From Gammaproteobacteria bacterium (lineage in GTDB: Bacteria; Pseudomonadota; Gammaproteobacteria; Arenicellales; JAANXG01): 64,000 nt of DNA. The position numbers and the translations under genes are program-made. Location of the stretch: NCBI GenBank assembly GCA_034520625.1, contig JAXHNI010000009.1, positions 97,494 to 161,493 of the forward strand, read 5' to 3'. How positions within the stretch are numbered: the stretch's first letter is position 1; every line of letters begins with the position of its first letter. The notes under the pieces are model-generated. The model was not told the DNA's origin and searched no databases. It saw only the letters and a program-made list of their open reading frames with translations. Positions 51,781-60,977 of this stretch are shown one piece after another.

Positions 51781-52794
51781 ATGACTGCCACTGTTCTGGT
51801 CACCGGCGGCGCCGGCTACATCGGCTCTCATACCACGCGGCAACTGGTGCAGGCGGGTTTCGAGGTCGTGGTGGTGGACAACCTCTATTCCGGCCACGCC
51901 TGGGCGGTGGACCCGCAGGCGCGTTTATACCAAGCGGACGCCGGAGATGCCGAGCGGATCGGAGAGATCTTGCGCGCCCACGCGCCGGTCGCGGCGGTGA
52001 TTCACTTCGCCGGCCATATCGTGGTCCCGGAATCCGTCAGCAACCCCATCAAGTACTACCGCAACAATCCCATCGCTTCCACCAACCTCATCGAGGCCTG
52101 CCGGGAAGCCGGGGTCCAGCGCTTTCTGTTCTCTTCCAGTGCCGCGGTCTACGGCCAGCCCGAGACGGTGCCCATACCCGAAGACGCCGCCACCCGTCCA
52201 ATCAATCCCTACGGGCGCAGCAAACTGGTGACCGAATGGACCCTGGAGGATGTCGCCCACGGCTCCCGCGTCAACGGGGACCACGACCCGTTCCGGTACC
52301 TGGCGCTGCGCTATTTCAACGTCGCCGGCGCCTCCCTCGATACGGCCCTGGGCCAGGCCACGCCGGAAGCCACGCATCTGATCAAAGTCGCCTGCGAGGC
52401 CGCCTGCGGCAAACGCGGCGGACTGGATATTTTCGGCACCGACTACCCGACGCCGGACGGCACCTGCATCCGCGACTATATCCACGTGGAGGACCTGGCC
52501 GCCGCCCATGTGCTGGGCCTGAAATATCTGCTGGGCGGCGGCGACTCCAGTGTTCTGAACTGCGGCTATGGGCACGGGTTCAGCGTGCGGGAGGTGGTGG
52601 ACGCGGTGCAGCGCATCAGCGGCGTGTCGTTCCCGGTGGCGGAAGCGGGGCGCCGCGCCGGCGATCCCGAGGCCCTGGTCGCCGACAACACGCGGATCCG
52701 CCGGACACTGGACTGGACGCCCCGGCACGACGATCTGGAACTGATCTGCCGCACGGCCCTGGACTGGGAGGCGGAACTGGCGGCCCGGTTATAA
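51781..52794 (+). CDS. galE: UDP-glucose 4-epimerase
   Basis: 337-aa product MTATVLVTGGAGYIGSH...SSSAAVYG...YGRSK. It has a TAATG overlap with the next gene. Confidence 0.9.
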   Translation: MTATVLVTGGAGYIGSHTTRQLVQAGFEVVVVDNLYSGHAWAVDPQARLYQADAGDAERIGEILRAHAPVAAVIHFAGHIVVPESVSNPIKYYRNNPIASTNLIEACREAGVQRFLFSSSAAVYGQPETVPIPEDAATRPINPYGRSKLVTEWTLEDVAHGSRVNGDHDPFRYLALRYFNVAGASLDTALGQATPEATHLIKVACEAACGKRGGLDIFGTDYPTPDGTCIRDYIHVEDLAAAHVLGLKYLLGGGDSSVLNCGYGHGFSVREVVDAVQRISGVSFPVAEAGRRAGDPEALVADNTRIRRTLDWTPRHDDLELICRTALDWEAELAARL

Positions 52795-54764
52795 TGCGGC
52801 TGGCTTTCTGCCTCTACAGGTATTCCCCGCACAGCGGCCTAGCCCGTGACATGCTGCGCATCGGCCACGAAGCCGTCAGGCGCGGGCACCTCGTCGATGT
52901 CTACGCCCGCGAGTGGCAGGGCGACAGGCCTTCCGGCATCCAGGTCAAGCTCCTGGACGCGCCCGGTTGGACTAACCACGGCCGCGCCGAAGCCTTCGCC
53001 CGCCGGCTTGCCGAGCCCCTGAGGCGGGGGGTATACGACGCGGTGGTGGGCTTCAATAAGATGCCGGGGCTGGACTTCTACTACGCCGCGGACGGGTGTT
53101 TCGCGGCGCGGGCCCGCCGCGGGCGACCGCGGGCCTATGAGCTCACGCCGCGATACCGGAGCTGGCGACGCCAGGAAGCGTCGGTATTCAGCCCCGGCGC
53201 CCGCACCCGGATCATGCTGCTCAGCGAGGCCGCGGGACTGGAGTATCGTGCGTACTACGCCACTCCCGGGGACCGTCTCTGCCGCCTGCCCCCCACCCTA
53301 GATCCCCGCCACCGGCTAGGCCCGCTGGAGCCGGAACGGCGCGCCGCGATCCGCGGCGGGCTCGGGGTGGCGGCCGGAGAAACCCTGCTGCTGATGGTCG
53401 GCTCCGGTTTTCGAACCAAGGGCGTGGACCGCAGTATCCGGGCTCTGGCGGCGCTGCCCGCCGGCAGACGCGACGCAGTGCGCCTGGTGGTAGTCGGACA
53501 GGGCAAGCCCGGCTGGTACCGGCGCCTGGCCAGGCGGCTGGGTGTTGCCGGTCGCGTGTACTTTGCGGGGGGTCGGGACAACGTCCCGGATCTCCTCCGG
53601 GCCGCCGATCTGCTCCTGCATCCCGCACGGCAGGAAAACACCGGCAGCGTCCTGCTGGAGGCGCTGGCGGCCGGGCTGCCCGTCCTTACGACGTCCAACT
53701 GCGGCTACGCCCACCATGTCCGCGACGCCGGCGCGGGCACGGTGGTGGACACGCCCTTCGGCCAGCACGAGCTCGACGAGGCGCTGCGCCGCCTCATGGA
53801 AGACCCGGACCGCGAAGCCATGTGCGTCAACGCCAGGCGCCACGGCCAAGACGAAGCCCTCTACCGGATGCCGGAAGCGGTGGTGGCCCGGATTGAAAAC
53901 TGGGGCGGCGGCGACACCATCGGCGCGCCGGCATTCACGGGCTGCGTCGACCCGGAGCTGGCGGAGCTGTCCCGCAATCTGCCCCGGCTGTCGGACTGGC
54001 TGCGGCTGGAGGGTGAAGAGCTCCGCCGCACACGGGACAGGCGGACGCTGCGCTTCGAGCACGGGGGGCGGCGGTATTTCATCAAGGCACATTTCGGCGT
54101 CGGGTGGAAGGAGATCTTCAAGAACCTCTTCCAGCTGAAGGTGCCGGTGCTGGGCGCCGGCAACGAGTGGCTGGCCGTGCATCTCCTGAAGGCAATGGGC
54201 ATCCCCACCATGGATGCCGTCGCCTGCGGCTACGGCCGCGGGCTCGCGAACCGCGAGTCGTTCATCGTCACCCGGGAGCTGAGCGGCATGATCAGCCTGG
54301 AGGAGTATGCCGAGCGGGAACAGACCCGGATCGGCGGGGATCCCGCGCTGCGCCGGGAACTGCTGCGCCGGGTCGCGACCACGGCCCGGGCGCTGCACGG
54401 CAACGGCATCAACCATCGCGACTTCTACCTGTGCCATTTCCTGTTCACCCCGCCGGGGCCGGACCAGGGGCCCGGCACGCTGCATGTAATCGATCTGCAC
54501 CGCGCCCAGGTGCGACATCGAACGCCCCGGCGCTGGCGCATCAAGGACATCGCCGGGCTCTACTATTCGGCCTTCGGCGTCGAACTGACCCACCGGGACC
54601 GGCTGCGGTTCATCCGCGCTTACACGGGCGGCGGGAACCTTCGCCAGGCCCTGTCGGACCGGAGATTCTGGGCGCGGGTGGAGCGCCGGGCTTTCGCCCT
54701 CAAGCAGGCGGAAACCCGGCGCGGCTACGCGGACTCGTCACGGGCCGCGAAGCATCTGAATTGA
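52794..54764 (+). CDS. fused LPS core glucosyltransferase I (WaaG-like, GT4) and LPS core heptose(I) kinase (WaaP-like)
   Basis: A single 656-codon frame carries both parts. Residues 1-~372 are GT4 (…LHPARQENTGSVLLEALAAGLPVLTT…). Residues ~385-656 are collinear with P. aeruginosa WaaP as recalled (RRTLRFEHGGRRYFIKAHFGVGWKEI…GINHRDFYLCHFL…VIDLHRAQ). There is no stop codon, and no in-frame ATG/GTG/TTG across the junction. Confidence 0.8.
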   Translation: MRLAFCLYRYSPHSGLARDMLRIGHEAVRRGHLVDVYAREWQGDRPSGIQVKLLDAPGWTNHGRAEAFARRLAEPLRRGVYDAVVGFNKMPGLDFYYAADGCFAARARRGRPRAYELTPRYRSWRRQEASVFSPGARTRIMLLSEAAGLEYRAYYATPGDRLCRLPPTLDPRHRLGPLEPERRAAIRGGLGVAAGETLLLMVGSGFRTKGVDRSIRALAALPAGRRDAVRLVVVGQGKPGWYRRLARRLGVAGRVYFAGGRDNVPDLLRAADLLLHPARQENTGSVLLEALAAGLPVLTTSNCGYAHHVRDAGAGTVVDTPFGQHELDEALRRLMEDPDREAMCVNARRHGQDEALYRMPEAVVARIENWGGGDTIGAPAFTGCVDPELAELSRNLPRLSDWLRLEGEELRRTRDRRTLRFEHGGRRYFIKAHFGVGWKEIFKNLFQLKVPVLGAGNEWLAVHLLKAMGIPTMDAVACGYGRGLANRESFIVTRELSGMISLEEYAEREQTRIGGDPALRRELLRRVATTARALHGNGINHRDFYLCHFLFTPPGPDQGPGTLHVIDLHRAQVRHRTPRRWRIKDIAGLYYSAFGVELTHRDRLRFIRAYTGGGNLRQALSDRRFWARVERRAFALKQAETRRGYADSSRAAKHLN

Positions 54765-54766
54765 CC

Positions 54767-55462
54767 ATGTCGTTGCTCCGCAGCCGGCGCATGTGGACGA
54801 TCATCGACGACCGGGAGCGGTGCCCGCTGCTCGACGAGCTTGTCCGGCTGCCTGCGTCGGTCACGGCGCGGGGGCATGTCCTCAAGCACGATGGGACCAC
54901 CACCGTCACCGTGGTGGGCGATGCGGTCCGGCGCTGGGTAGTGAAACGCTACAACACGAAGAATGTCTGGCACGCCCTTCGGCGGCTGTTCCGGACCAGC
55001 CGGGCCGTCAACTGCTGGCGCGCCGCGTCCCGGCTCCGGGACGCAGGCATCAACACTCCCCGGCGGGTCGCTGCCATGGAGGAACGTCGATTCGGCATCC
55101 TGCGCGGCCGTTCCTGGTTCGTCAATGAATACATCGCCGGCGACACCCTCGCCCAGGCAATCGGGCGCGGCGCCGGGAACCCGTCGCCGCTGGTGGCCCA
55201 GGCAGCAGAAATCGTGCTGCGCCTGCGAACCGCCGGCATCGTCCATGGCGACCTGAAAGCCACGAACTTCGTGGTACATGGGGACCGAATATACCTGGTG
55301 GACCTCGATGCGACCCGCAGCCCCAGGGGCCGGTATCTCGAATCCGGGCTGCGCAAGGATTGGGAGCGCTTCCTGCGCAACTGGTCCGACCAGCCCGACG
55401 TGCTCAAAGAGTTCGAAAGCCGCCTCGCCGACGCTGGCGGGGTCCGTGCACCCAGCGACTGA
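54767..55462 (+). CDS. lipopolysaccharide kinase (InaA/Kdo-kinase family) protein
   Basis: 231-aa product from ATG 54767 with the kinase blocks VVKRYN...FVNEYIAG...IVHGDLKATNFVV...LVDLD. The track ORF is over-extended upstream. Confidence 0.8.
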   Translation: MSLLRSRRMWTIIDDRERCPLLDELVRLPASVTARGHVLKHDGTTTVTVVGDAVRRWVVKRYNTKNVWHALRRLFRTSRAVNCWRAASRLRDAGINTPRRVAAMEERRFGILRGRSWFVNEYIAGDTLAQAIGRGAGNPSPLVAQAAEIVLRLRTAGIVHGDLKATNFVVHGDRIYLVDLDATRSPRGRYLESGLRKDWERFLRNWSDQPDVLKEFESRLADAGGVRAPSD

Positions 55463-55613
55463 AATCGTGGCGGTCAGACCATTCCCGGACCGTCTGGGGC
55501 AGGGGCACCCCGGTGGCCGTGCCCCCTTCCGGGGAGCGCAACGCGCCCAGGGCAGCCCCGAGGCGGCGTCTTGGACAAGTGGCCCGGTTCGAAGGCTCGC
55601 ACGATCGGGGAGA

Positions 55614-55647
55614 GGCCAGCGGCGGGGGATGGCCCCCGCCGCTGGCC
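55614..55647. terminator. perfect 15-bp-stem GC hairpin between convergent genes (possible bidirectional terminator)
   Basis: The sequence is ggccagcggcggggg-atgg-cccccgccgctggcc. It has no U-tract. It shares the 14-mer gggggatggccccc with the right arm of repeat copy E. Confidence 0.5.
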
Positions 55648-55688
55648 CCAATCCCTGGCGCCGGACCTCAGATTCCGAAACACCTCGC

Positions 55689-57221
55689 CTACCGCTTGGT
55701 ATCGAACACCAGCACCTTGCCGCCGTTATCACCCGTAAACGTCATCACGGGCTCGATGTCGATCCGCCGCATCAGGATCCCCTCGCGGTGCGCTTCGCCG
55801 GCTTCGATGACCATGGCCAGATAACGGTAATCGCGCCACCCGCCGCGCCACACATCGCGCATGGCCTCCTGCCAGGAATAATCCGCCCCCGGCCGGTACC
55901 CGGACAGCCCGGAATAGTGGACCACCACTTGGCTGTTGCTGAACAGGCTGCTTTCCGGCGCCGCGGCGGCCCGCAGCCAGAGGCCGGCTTCGCGCAGATG
56001 CAGGTGCTGGCTGCGCAGGTCCAAGCCCTTGATTCCGGACACCAGGACCAGCACCAGCGCCGACGCCAACAGCCAGCGCGGACGCCGGAAGCCGGCGGTG
56101 CGGTCCGTTGCCAAGCGCTCGAGCGCGGGCGGCACGATCGCCAGCAGCGTCAGCGCCGCGACCATGGCATCACGTTCGTCCACGGCAAACTCGACAAAGG
56201 CCGGCACCAGGAGAAGCATCGAGCTCACCACCGCGAAAACCGCCCACCAGCAGCGCTGCTCCGGGGTCAGCACCCGCCGGGAAACAGACAGGGCATACAA
56301 CGCCAGCGCCGAATACACCACGCCGAGAGCCTTGATGATCCCGGCGACGACCATCACAACGATCGTCGCCAGCAGCGCAGTTCTTTCGAAACTGCGGGAA
56401 TACTCGTCCAGGAACTCGTGTCGCAGCGATTCGATTTTGAAGCGAACTCCCCGTCCCAGCTCCTGCCAGGCGACTGCCAGGTGCTCCAGGGGATGCAGCA
56501 GCAGTTCGCCGACCGGCCCCTGAGCGTGCCATTGCCGGCTCCACAAGGCATATACCAGCAACAACCCGCAGCCGGCCACGATGGCGCCCCCCTTTAGTAA
56601 ACGGCCGGATGCCCCGGGCCTGTCGCGGACCCACCGCCACAACGGCACCGAGACCAGGAACAGTATCGCTTCCAAGGCGAAGAACAACGCGGCGATACCC
56701 GCCAGCAGCGCACCCGCCGGCCAGCGCCCGTTCCGCGCGGCGGCATAATGCAGGAAGTACGCCAGGCTCCAGACATAGAACGCCCAGTAGCCCGGCTCTC
56801 CGGCGACCTCAGGCCGGAAACCGTTCAAGGCCGGAAACAGCAGCACCAGCACCGCGGCCAGCACCCTCGCCCGCGCACCGCCGCCCAGGACGGACGCCAG
56901 CGCGGTGAATCCGACGGCCAGAAGCGCGAAAAGCCCCGCATTCACCGTGTGAAGCCCGAACGCGGGGCTCATTCCCGTCACCCGGCTGACCACGCCTCCG
57001 AGCATGGCGTAAAGGGGATGGCCGGCCATGTCGATGGCGGCCCGCCACTGAGCATCGCGGAAGTGCCCGGCGGCGCGCACTTCACTGATACCGTCGCTGT
57101 TGAGAACCGGATCGAGATACACCGCCCACAGGGACAACAGCAGGCTGGCCGCAGCAACGAGTGCGTGGAACCCGGGCCGGTCGAGAACGACGCGGTGCGG
57201 GGCGGTCGACGATCCGTTCAC
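55689..57221 (-). CDS. polytopic membrane protein, probable GT-C (ArnT/PMT_2-like) glycosyltransferase
   Basis: 510-aa ORF with about 10 TM segments and a C-terminal soluble domain. The first loop (DGISEVRAAGHFRDAQW...GHPLYAML) resembles ArnT-type glycosyltransferases. It lies next to the LPS-core cluster. Confidence 0.5.
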   Translation of the reverse strand: MNGSSTAPHRVVLDRPGFHALVAAASLLLSLWAVYLDPVLNSDGISEVRAAGHFRDAQWRAAIDMAGHPLYAMLGGVVSRVTGMSPAFGLHTVNAGLFALLAVGFTALASVLGGGARARVLAAVLVLLFPALNGFRPEVAGEPGYWAFYVWSLAYFLHYAAARNGRWPAGALLAGIAALFFALEAILFLVSVPLWRWVRDRPGASGRLLKGGAIVAGCGLLLVYALWSRQWHAQGPVGELLLHPLEHLAVAWQELGRGVRFKIESLRHEFLDEYSRSFERTALLATIVVMVVAGIIKALGVVYSALALYALSVSRRVLTPEQRCWWAVFAVVSSMLLLVPAFVEFAVDERDAMVAALTLLAIVPPALERLATDRTAGFRRPRWLLASALVLVLVSGIKGLDLRSQHLHLREAGLWLRAAAAPESSLFSNSQVVVHYSGLSGYRPGADYSWQEAMRDVWRGGWRDYRYLAMVIEAGEAHREGILMRRIDIEPVMTFTGDNGGKVLVFDTKR

Positions 57222-57447
57222 TTCAGGGTCGCCGCCGAACGGGACCGCAACGGAAACGCACTACCCGCGGCTGTGATACGCTTCGAACCAGCCAAACCCG
57301 CATCATTCGAAACCAATGTATCGTTTGAATTCACAGAGACTCTGACCAGTCAGGAGTTTGTTGTTCCAGTGTACCCCGCCACTGATATGGTGACATTCAG
57401 CAAGCCACGGGCGTTGGTCCGGTTTGAATGCCCGCGTGATCGGGGAG

Positions 57448-57556
57448 GCTGGTGCCGGGGGCCGTCCACCAGGGCCGCTGTGAATACGTCCGTGTACGCT
57501 CTGGCTCAAACATCCTAAGTTTTCGACAGCCCTGGTGGACGGCCCCCGACACCAGC
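57448..57556 (-). repeat. hairpin-ended intergenic element, copy F (short form, reverse orientation)
   Basis: 109 bp in a divergent promoter spacer. The arms are gctggtgccgggggccgtccaccaggg / ccctggtggacggcccccgacaccagc. It carries the same internal deletion as copy C. Confidence 0.88.
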
Positions 57557-57588
57557 TCCATGATTAGTGGGGGCACACCGAGTCCGCG

Positions 57589-59157
57589 ATGATCGATTTC
57601 CTGAATATAACGCCCGATCGCTCCGAGTGTCCGGATCTCGTTGACCGGCTCCAGCGGCGCGACGCGTCGCTGTGGAGCGACGACCCTGAGATCCGGCGCG
57701 ACATAGAGAATCGCCTGGGCTGGCTGGACGCCGCCAACTTCATGGACCGGCACGCGGGTCGAGTCGTCGATTTCGCGCGGCAAGTGCAGGGCGAAGGGTA
57801 CCAACAAGCTGTATTGCTGGGTATGGGCGGCTCCAGTCTGGCGCCTGAAGTCTATGCCGCGCTGTTCGGCGGCCGCCCCGGCGCCCTGCCGCTCACGGTC
57901 CTGGACACAACGTGCCCCGGGCATATCGCTGCCGTGACCGCGCGATGCGAAGCCGTACCGACGCTGTTCATCGTATCCAGCAAGTCCGGCACGACGGCGG
58001 AAACCAGCGCCCTCGAAGCCCATTTTTTCGACCGGATGGCTTCCCGGGAAGGTGCGCCGGGGCGGCGGTTCATCGCCGTCACCGACGCCGGCTCGCCCCT
58101 GGCGGCCCTCGCCACGGAGCGGGGTTACCGGGACACGTTCCTGAACCCCGAGGACATCGGCGGCCGGTTTTCCGCCCTGAGCTTCTTCGGGCTGATCCCG
58201 GCCGCGCTCGCCGGCGCCGAACCTGCGGCGCTGCGTGCCCCTATGCCGACGGAGTTGCCCGGCTCCGATCTGGCTACCGAGGCCTGTGCACTGGGCACGG
58301 CACTGGCCACGGCGGCGCGGGAAGGACGCAACAAGCTGACTTTGTGCTTCAGCCCGGGACTTGCTGCAGTAGCGCCGTGGGTCGAGCAGCTCATTGATGA
58401 AAGCACCGGCAAGGATGGCACGGGCATCGTAGTGGTGGCCGGCGAACCGCGGTTCGAGGCGGGAGCATACTCCAACGACCGTTTCTTCGTCGTGGTGGAG
58501 CTCGCGGACGAATCCGTTGATGAGGCGTGGCTCGACCGGCTCGCCGGGCTCGGGCATCCCGTCGCGCGCTGGCGGATGGCGGATTCCAACCACGTCGGGG
58601 CGGAGTTCTTTCGATGGCAGGTCGCCACGGCGGCGGCGGGCCGGGGGCTCGGCATCAACCCGTTCGATGAGCCGGACGTGAACGCCAGCAAGGCAGAAAC
58701 CCGCGCCATCCTCGAGCAGCCCGGCGGTACGGGCGCTGCGCCGCCGGACCCATTGTCGGCGCTCCGGGAAATGCTGAACGGCGCGGCGCCCAGCGACTAC
58801 ATCGCCATCCTGGCATATGTGTCCCCCGGCGACGCGAATCGCGAGGCGCTGGCGACGCTTCGCGAGCGCCTGACCCGGCTCACCGGACTGCCCTGTTGCC
58901 CGGGTTTCGGACCGCGTTATCTCCACTCCAGCGGCCAGGTTCACAAGGGCGGGCCCGATCAGGGCCTGTTCATCGTCATTACCCGGGAGGCGGAGCCGGA
59001 CCTGCCCATCCCTGGCCAACGGCACGGCTTCGGCTCACTGATCCGCGCCCAAGCCCTCGGCGACCTGCGCGTATTGCGGGAACGGGGAAGACGGGTGGTG
59101 CATCTGGAACTGAGCGACGGTATGAGCCTCGAAGGGCTGCTCGATTACGTGTGGTGA
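57589..59157 (+). CDS. pgi: glucose-6-phosphate isomerase
   Basis: 522-aa ORF with SIS-domain blocks (LLGMGGSSLAPEV, FIVSSKSGTTAET, IGGRFSALS). Confidence 0.85.
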   Translation: MIDFLNITPDRSECPDLVDRLQRRDASLWSDDPEIRRDIENRLGWLDAANFMDRHAGRVVDFARQVQGEGYQQAVLLGMGGSSLAPEVYAALFGGRPGALPLTVLDTTCPGHIAAVTARCEAVPTLFIVSSKSGTTAETSALEAHFFDRMASREGAPGRRFIAVTDAGSPLAALATERGYRDTFLNPEDIGGRFSALSFFGLIPAALAGAEPAALRAPMPTELPGSDLATEACALGTALATAAREGRNKLTLCFSPGLAAVAPWVEQLIDESTGKDGTGIVVVAGEPRFEAGAYSNDRFFVVVELADESVDEAWLDRLAGLGHPVARWRMADSNHVGAEFFRWQVATAAAGRGLGINPFDEPDVNASKAETRAILEQPGGTGAAPPDPLSALREMLNGAAPSDYIAILAYVSPGDANREALATLRERLTRLTGLPCCPGFGPRYLHSSGQVHKGGPDQGLFIVITREAEPDLPIPGQRHGFGSLIRAQALGDLRVLRERGRRVVHLELSDGMSLEGLLDYVW

Positions 59158-59258
59158 CTGGTGATTGGTGAAGAGAGTGTTTCGAATTACGGAGCCTGTA
59201 ATTAATTCTGTGTAACTGCTCGATTCACGAGTCACGATTCACGAGTCAACCTATTCTC

Positions 59259-59828
59259 CTACAGAAAATCTGCCATTTCCGCCCGCTCCCAGTCCACGGC
59301 GCGCACCCACCACTCGTCGCCCTCCAGAACGAGCTGCACGTCGAAGCGCATCAGGTCGGCGCGGACGTTCAACAGGGCGTCGGCGGACTCGATGGGGCGG
59401 CTCGCCATCGCCACCAGGACCCGGGCGTGGGCCGTGCCGTCCCCCACCCGGACCTCCCGCACCAGGCTCAGCAAGTGGATACTCCGATTGCGCAGCAGCA
59501 TGCCCTGGACGAGTCGCAGCACGGTCTGCCGGTTGTAGCCGTGATCATCCTGGTAGTCGTCGGAGACGCTGTCCCGGAACACCGACAGATCATGATCCTC
59601 GGCAGCCTGCTCGGCCCGGGAAATCAGGTCCTTGATGCGGGCTTCCGGGGACTCCTCGGGGCCGCCGCAGGCCGCCAGAAACAGCCCGAGAACGGCAATG
59701 ATCGAGTACTTCGCCTTCCCGTGGCCGGGCCGCGAGCGGCGCCGGTTGCCCGGTGCCTCGACGAACGGACGAAGGCAGGGGCAGCCTACGGAACTGGCCT
59801 CAACCACGCGTGTGCCCCTACCCGTCAT
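59259..59828 (-). CDS. hypothetical lipoprotein
   Basis: A lipobox-like LFLAAC|GG follows a hydrophobic segment. The only ATG (59828) forms an ATGA overlap with the patatin stop, but it leaves an unusually long ~54-aa pre-Cys region. The C-terminal domain looks NTF2-like. Confidence 0.55.
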   Translation of the reverse strand: MTGRGTRVVEASSVGCPCLRPFVEAPGNRRRSRPGHGKAKYSIIAVLGLFLAACGGPEESPEARIKDLISRAEQAAEDHDLSVFRDSVSDDYQDDHGYNRQTVLRLVQGMLLRNRSIHLLSLVREVRVGDGTAHARVLVAMASRPIESADALLNVRADLMRFDVQLVLEGDEWWVRAVDWERAEMADFL

Positions 59829-60949
59829 GGCTCCAGAAACGCCCGGATCTCGGCCTCGCGGTCCATGGCATCCCGGTAGCCCAGGTCCACCAGCGCTCGG
59901 CAATAGGGCCGCTCGAAGAGCAGGTAGCTCATCAGGCGCCGGCCGCTGCCCCGGCGTGCCCCCAGCACCGCCAGAAGATACCGGATGCTGACGGGGAAAA
60001 GATGATAGAGCGGCTCGGCAATCGCCGCCAGATCCCGGCTGGGGGATATGACCAGCGTTTCCACTTGGCGCAGCGGGGTGCTGTCCGGGTCCTGGACGTA
60101 GCGCAGGGTTTCGTTGATTCGCTCCAGGCGCTCGATGTCCGCGTGCAAGGTGTTCAGGAACAGGGTATCCAGGATGTAGCCGGCGATCTGGCCCACTCCC
60201 GGATAGTCGTGATCCCCGGCCTCCGCCGACTCAGCACTGCTTTCCTGCCGCACGCCCACCACCAGGATCCTGTCCGCGCCCAGGTGCAGCGCCGGACTGG
60301 TGGGCGCGGTCTGGCGCATGGAGCCGTCGCCAAAATACTCGCCGCCGATACCCACCGCCGGAAACAGAATCGGTATGGAGGCCGAAGCCATCAGATGATC
60401 GATGTCGAGCCGGGTGGCAACCCCGTCGCGCCGCGCGCGGCGCCAGTCTTCAAGCCCGGGGCTTCCCTGGTAGAAGGAAATGGAACGGCCGCTCGAGTAA
60501 CTGCTCGCGGTGACACAGACCGCGCGCAGTTGGCCGCCGTCGAGGGCCCTGTCGATGCTCTCGAAATCCACGTGGCTTTCCAGCAGCGAACGCAGCGGCG
60601 ACACGTCAAGGATGGACTTGGGGCCGCCCCAGGCGCCCCCGGTCAGCATGGCGCACAGCCACCGGCTGCTGCGCGACACGGCGCTCCATGCATCGGCACG
60701 GAACACCTTCTCGACTTCGAAGTTCTCCCAGACATCCGTCAGGCGACGGATGCCGGCCTGGAAATTCCGGGCATGGGAAGCCACCACGGCGGCATTGATG
60801 CCGCCCGCCGAGGCGCCACAAATCACCTGGAACGGATTGTCGGCGCCCTCCGGCAGGATGCGGGCGACGGCCTTCAGCACACCGACCTGATAGGCCGCCC
60901 GGGCACCGCCGCCACCGAGCAGCAATCCAACCCGGGGCCCGCTGCTCAT
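59825..60949 (-). CDS. patatin-like phospholipase (RssA/YchK-type)
   Basis: 374-aa product from ATG 60949 with GLLLGGGGARAAYQVG, the GASAGG nucleophile elbow, and the catalytic Asp in DGS. The track ORF is over-extended upstream. Confidence 0.85.
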   Translation of the reverse strand: MSSGPRVGLLLGGGGARAAYQVGVLKAVARILPEGADNPFQVICGASAGGINAAVVASHARNFQAGIRRLTDVWENFEVEKVFRADAWSAVSRSSRWLCAMLTGGAWGGPKSILDVSPLRSLLESHVDFESIDRALDGGQLRAVCVTASSYSSGRSISFYQGSPGLEDWRRARRDGVATRLDIDHLMASASIPILFPAVGIGGEYFGDGSMRQTAPTSPALHLGADRILVVGVRQESSAESAEAGDHDYPGVGQIAGYILDTLFLNTLHADIERLERINETLRYVQDPDSTPLRQVETLVISPSRDLAAIAEPLYHLFPVSIRYLLAVLGARRGSGRRLMSYLLFERPYCRALVDLGYRDAMDREAEIRAFLEP

Positions 60950-60977
60950 CCGGCTGCCTGGTGCTGGTGTACCGGCG

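Noticed and set aside
57397-59025. 542-aa minus-strand ORF
   Set aside because: It is antisense to pgi and begins inside repeat copy F. It has shadow-ORF composition.
59825-60949. Patatin-like phospholipase as a CBASS (CapV) effector
   Set aside because: There is no cyclase/CD-NTase or other defence gene adjacent. The sequence and context (rhlB side, coupled lipoprotein) fit the housekeeping RssA/YchK-type patatin.
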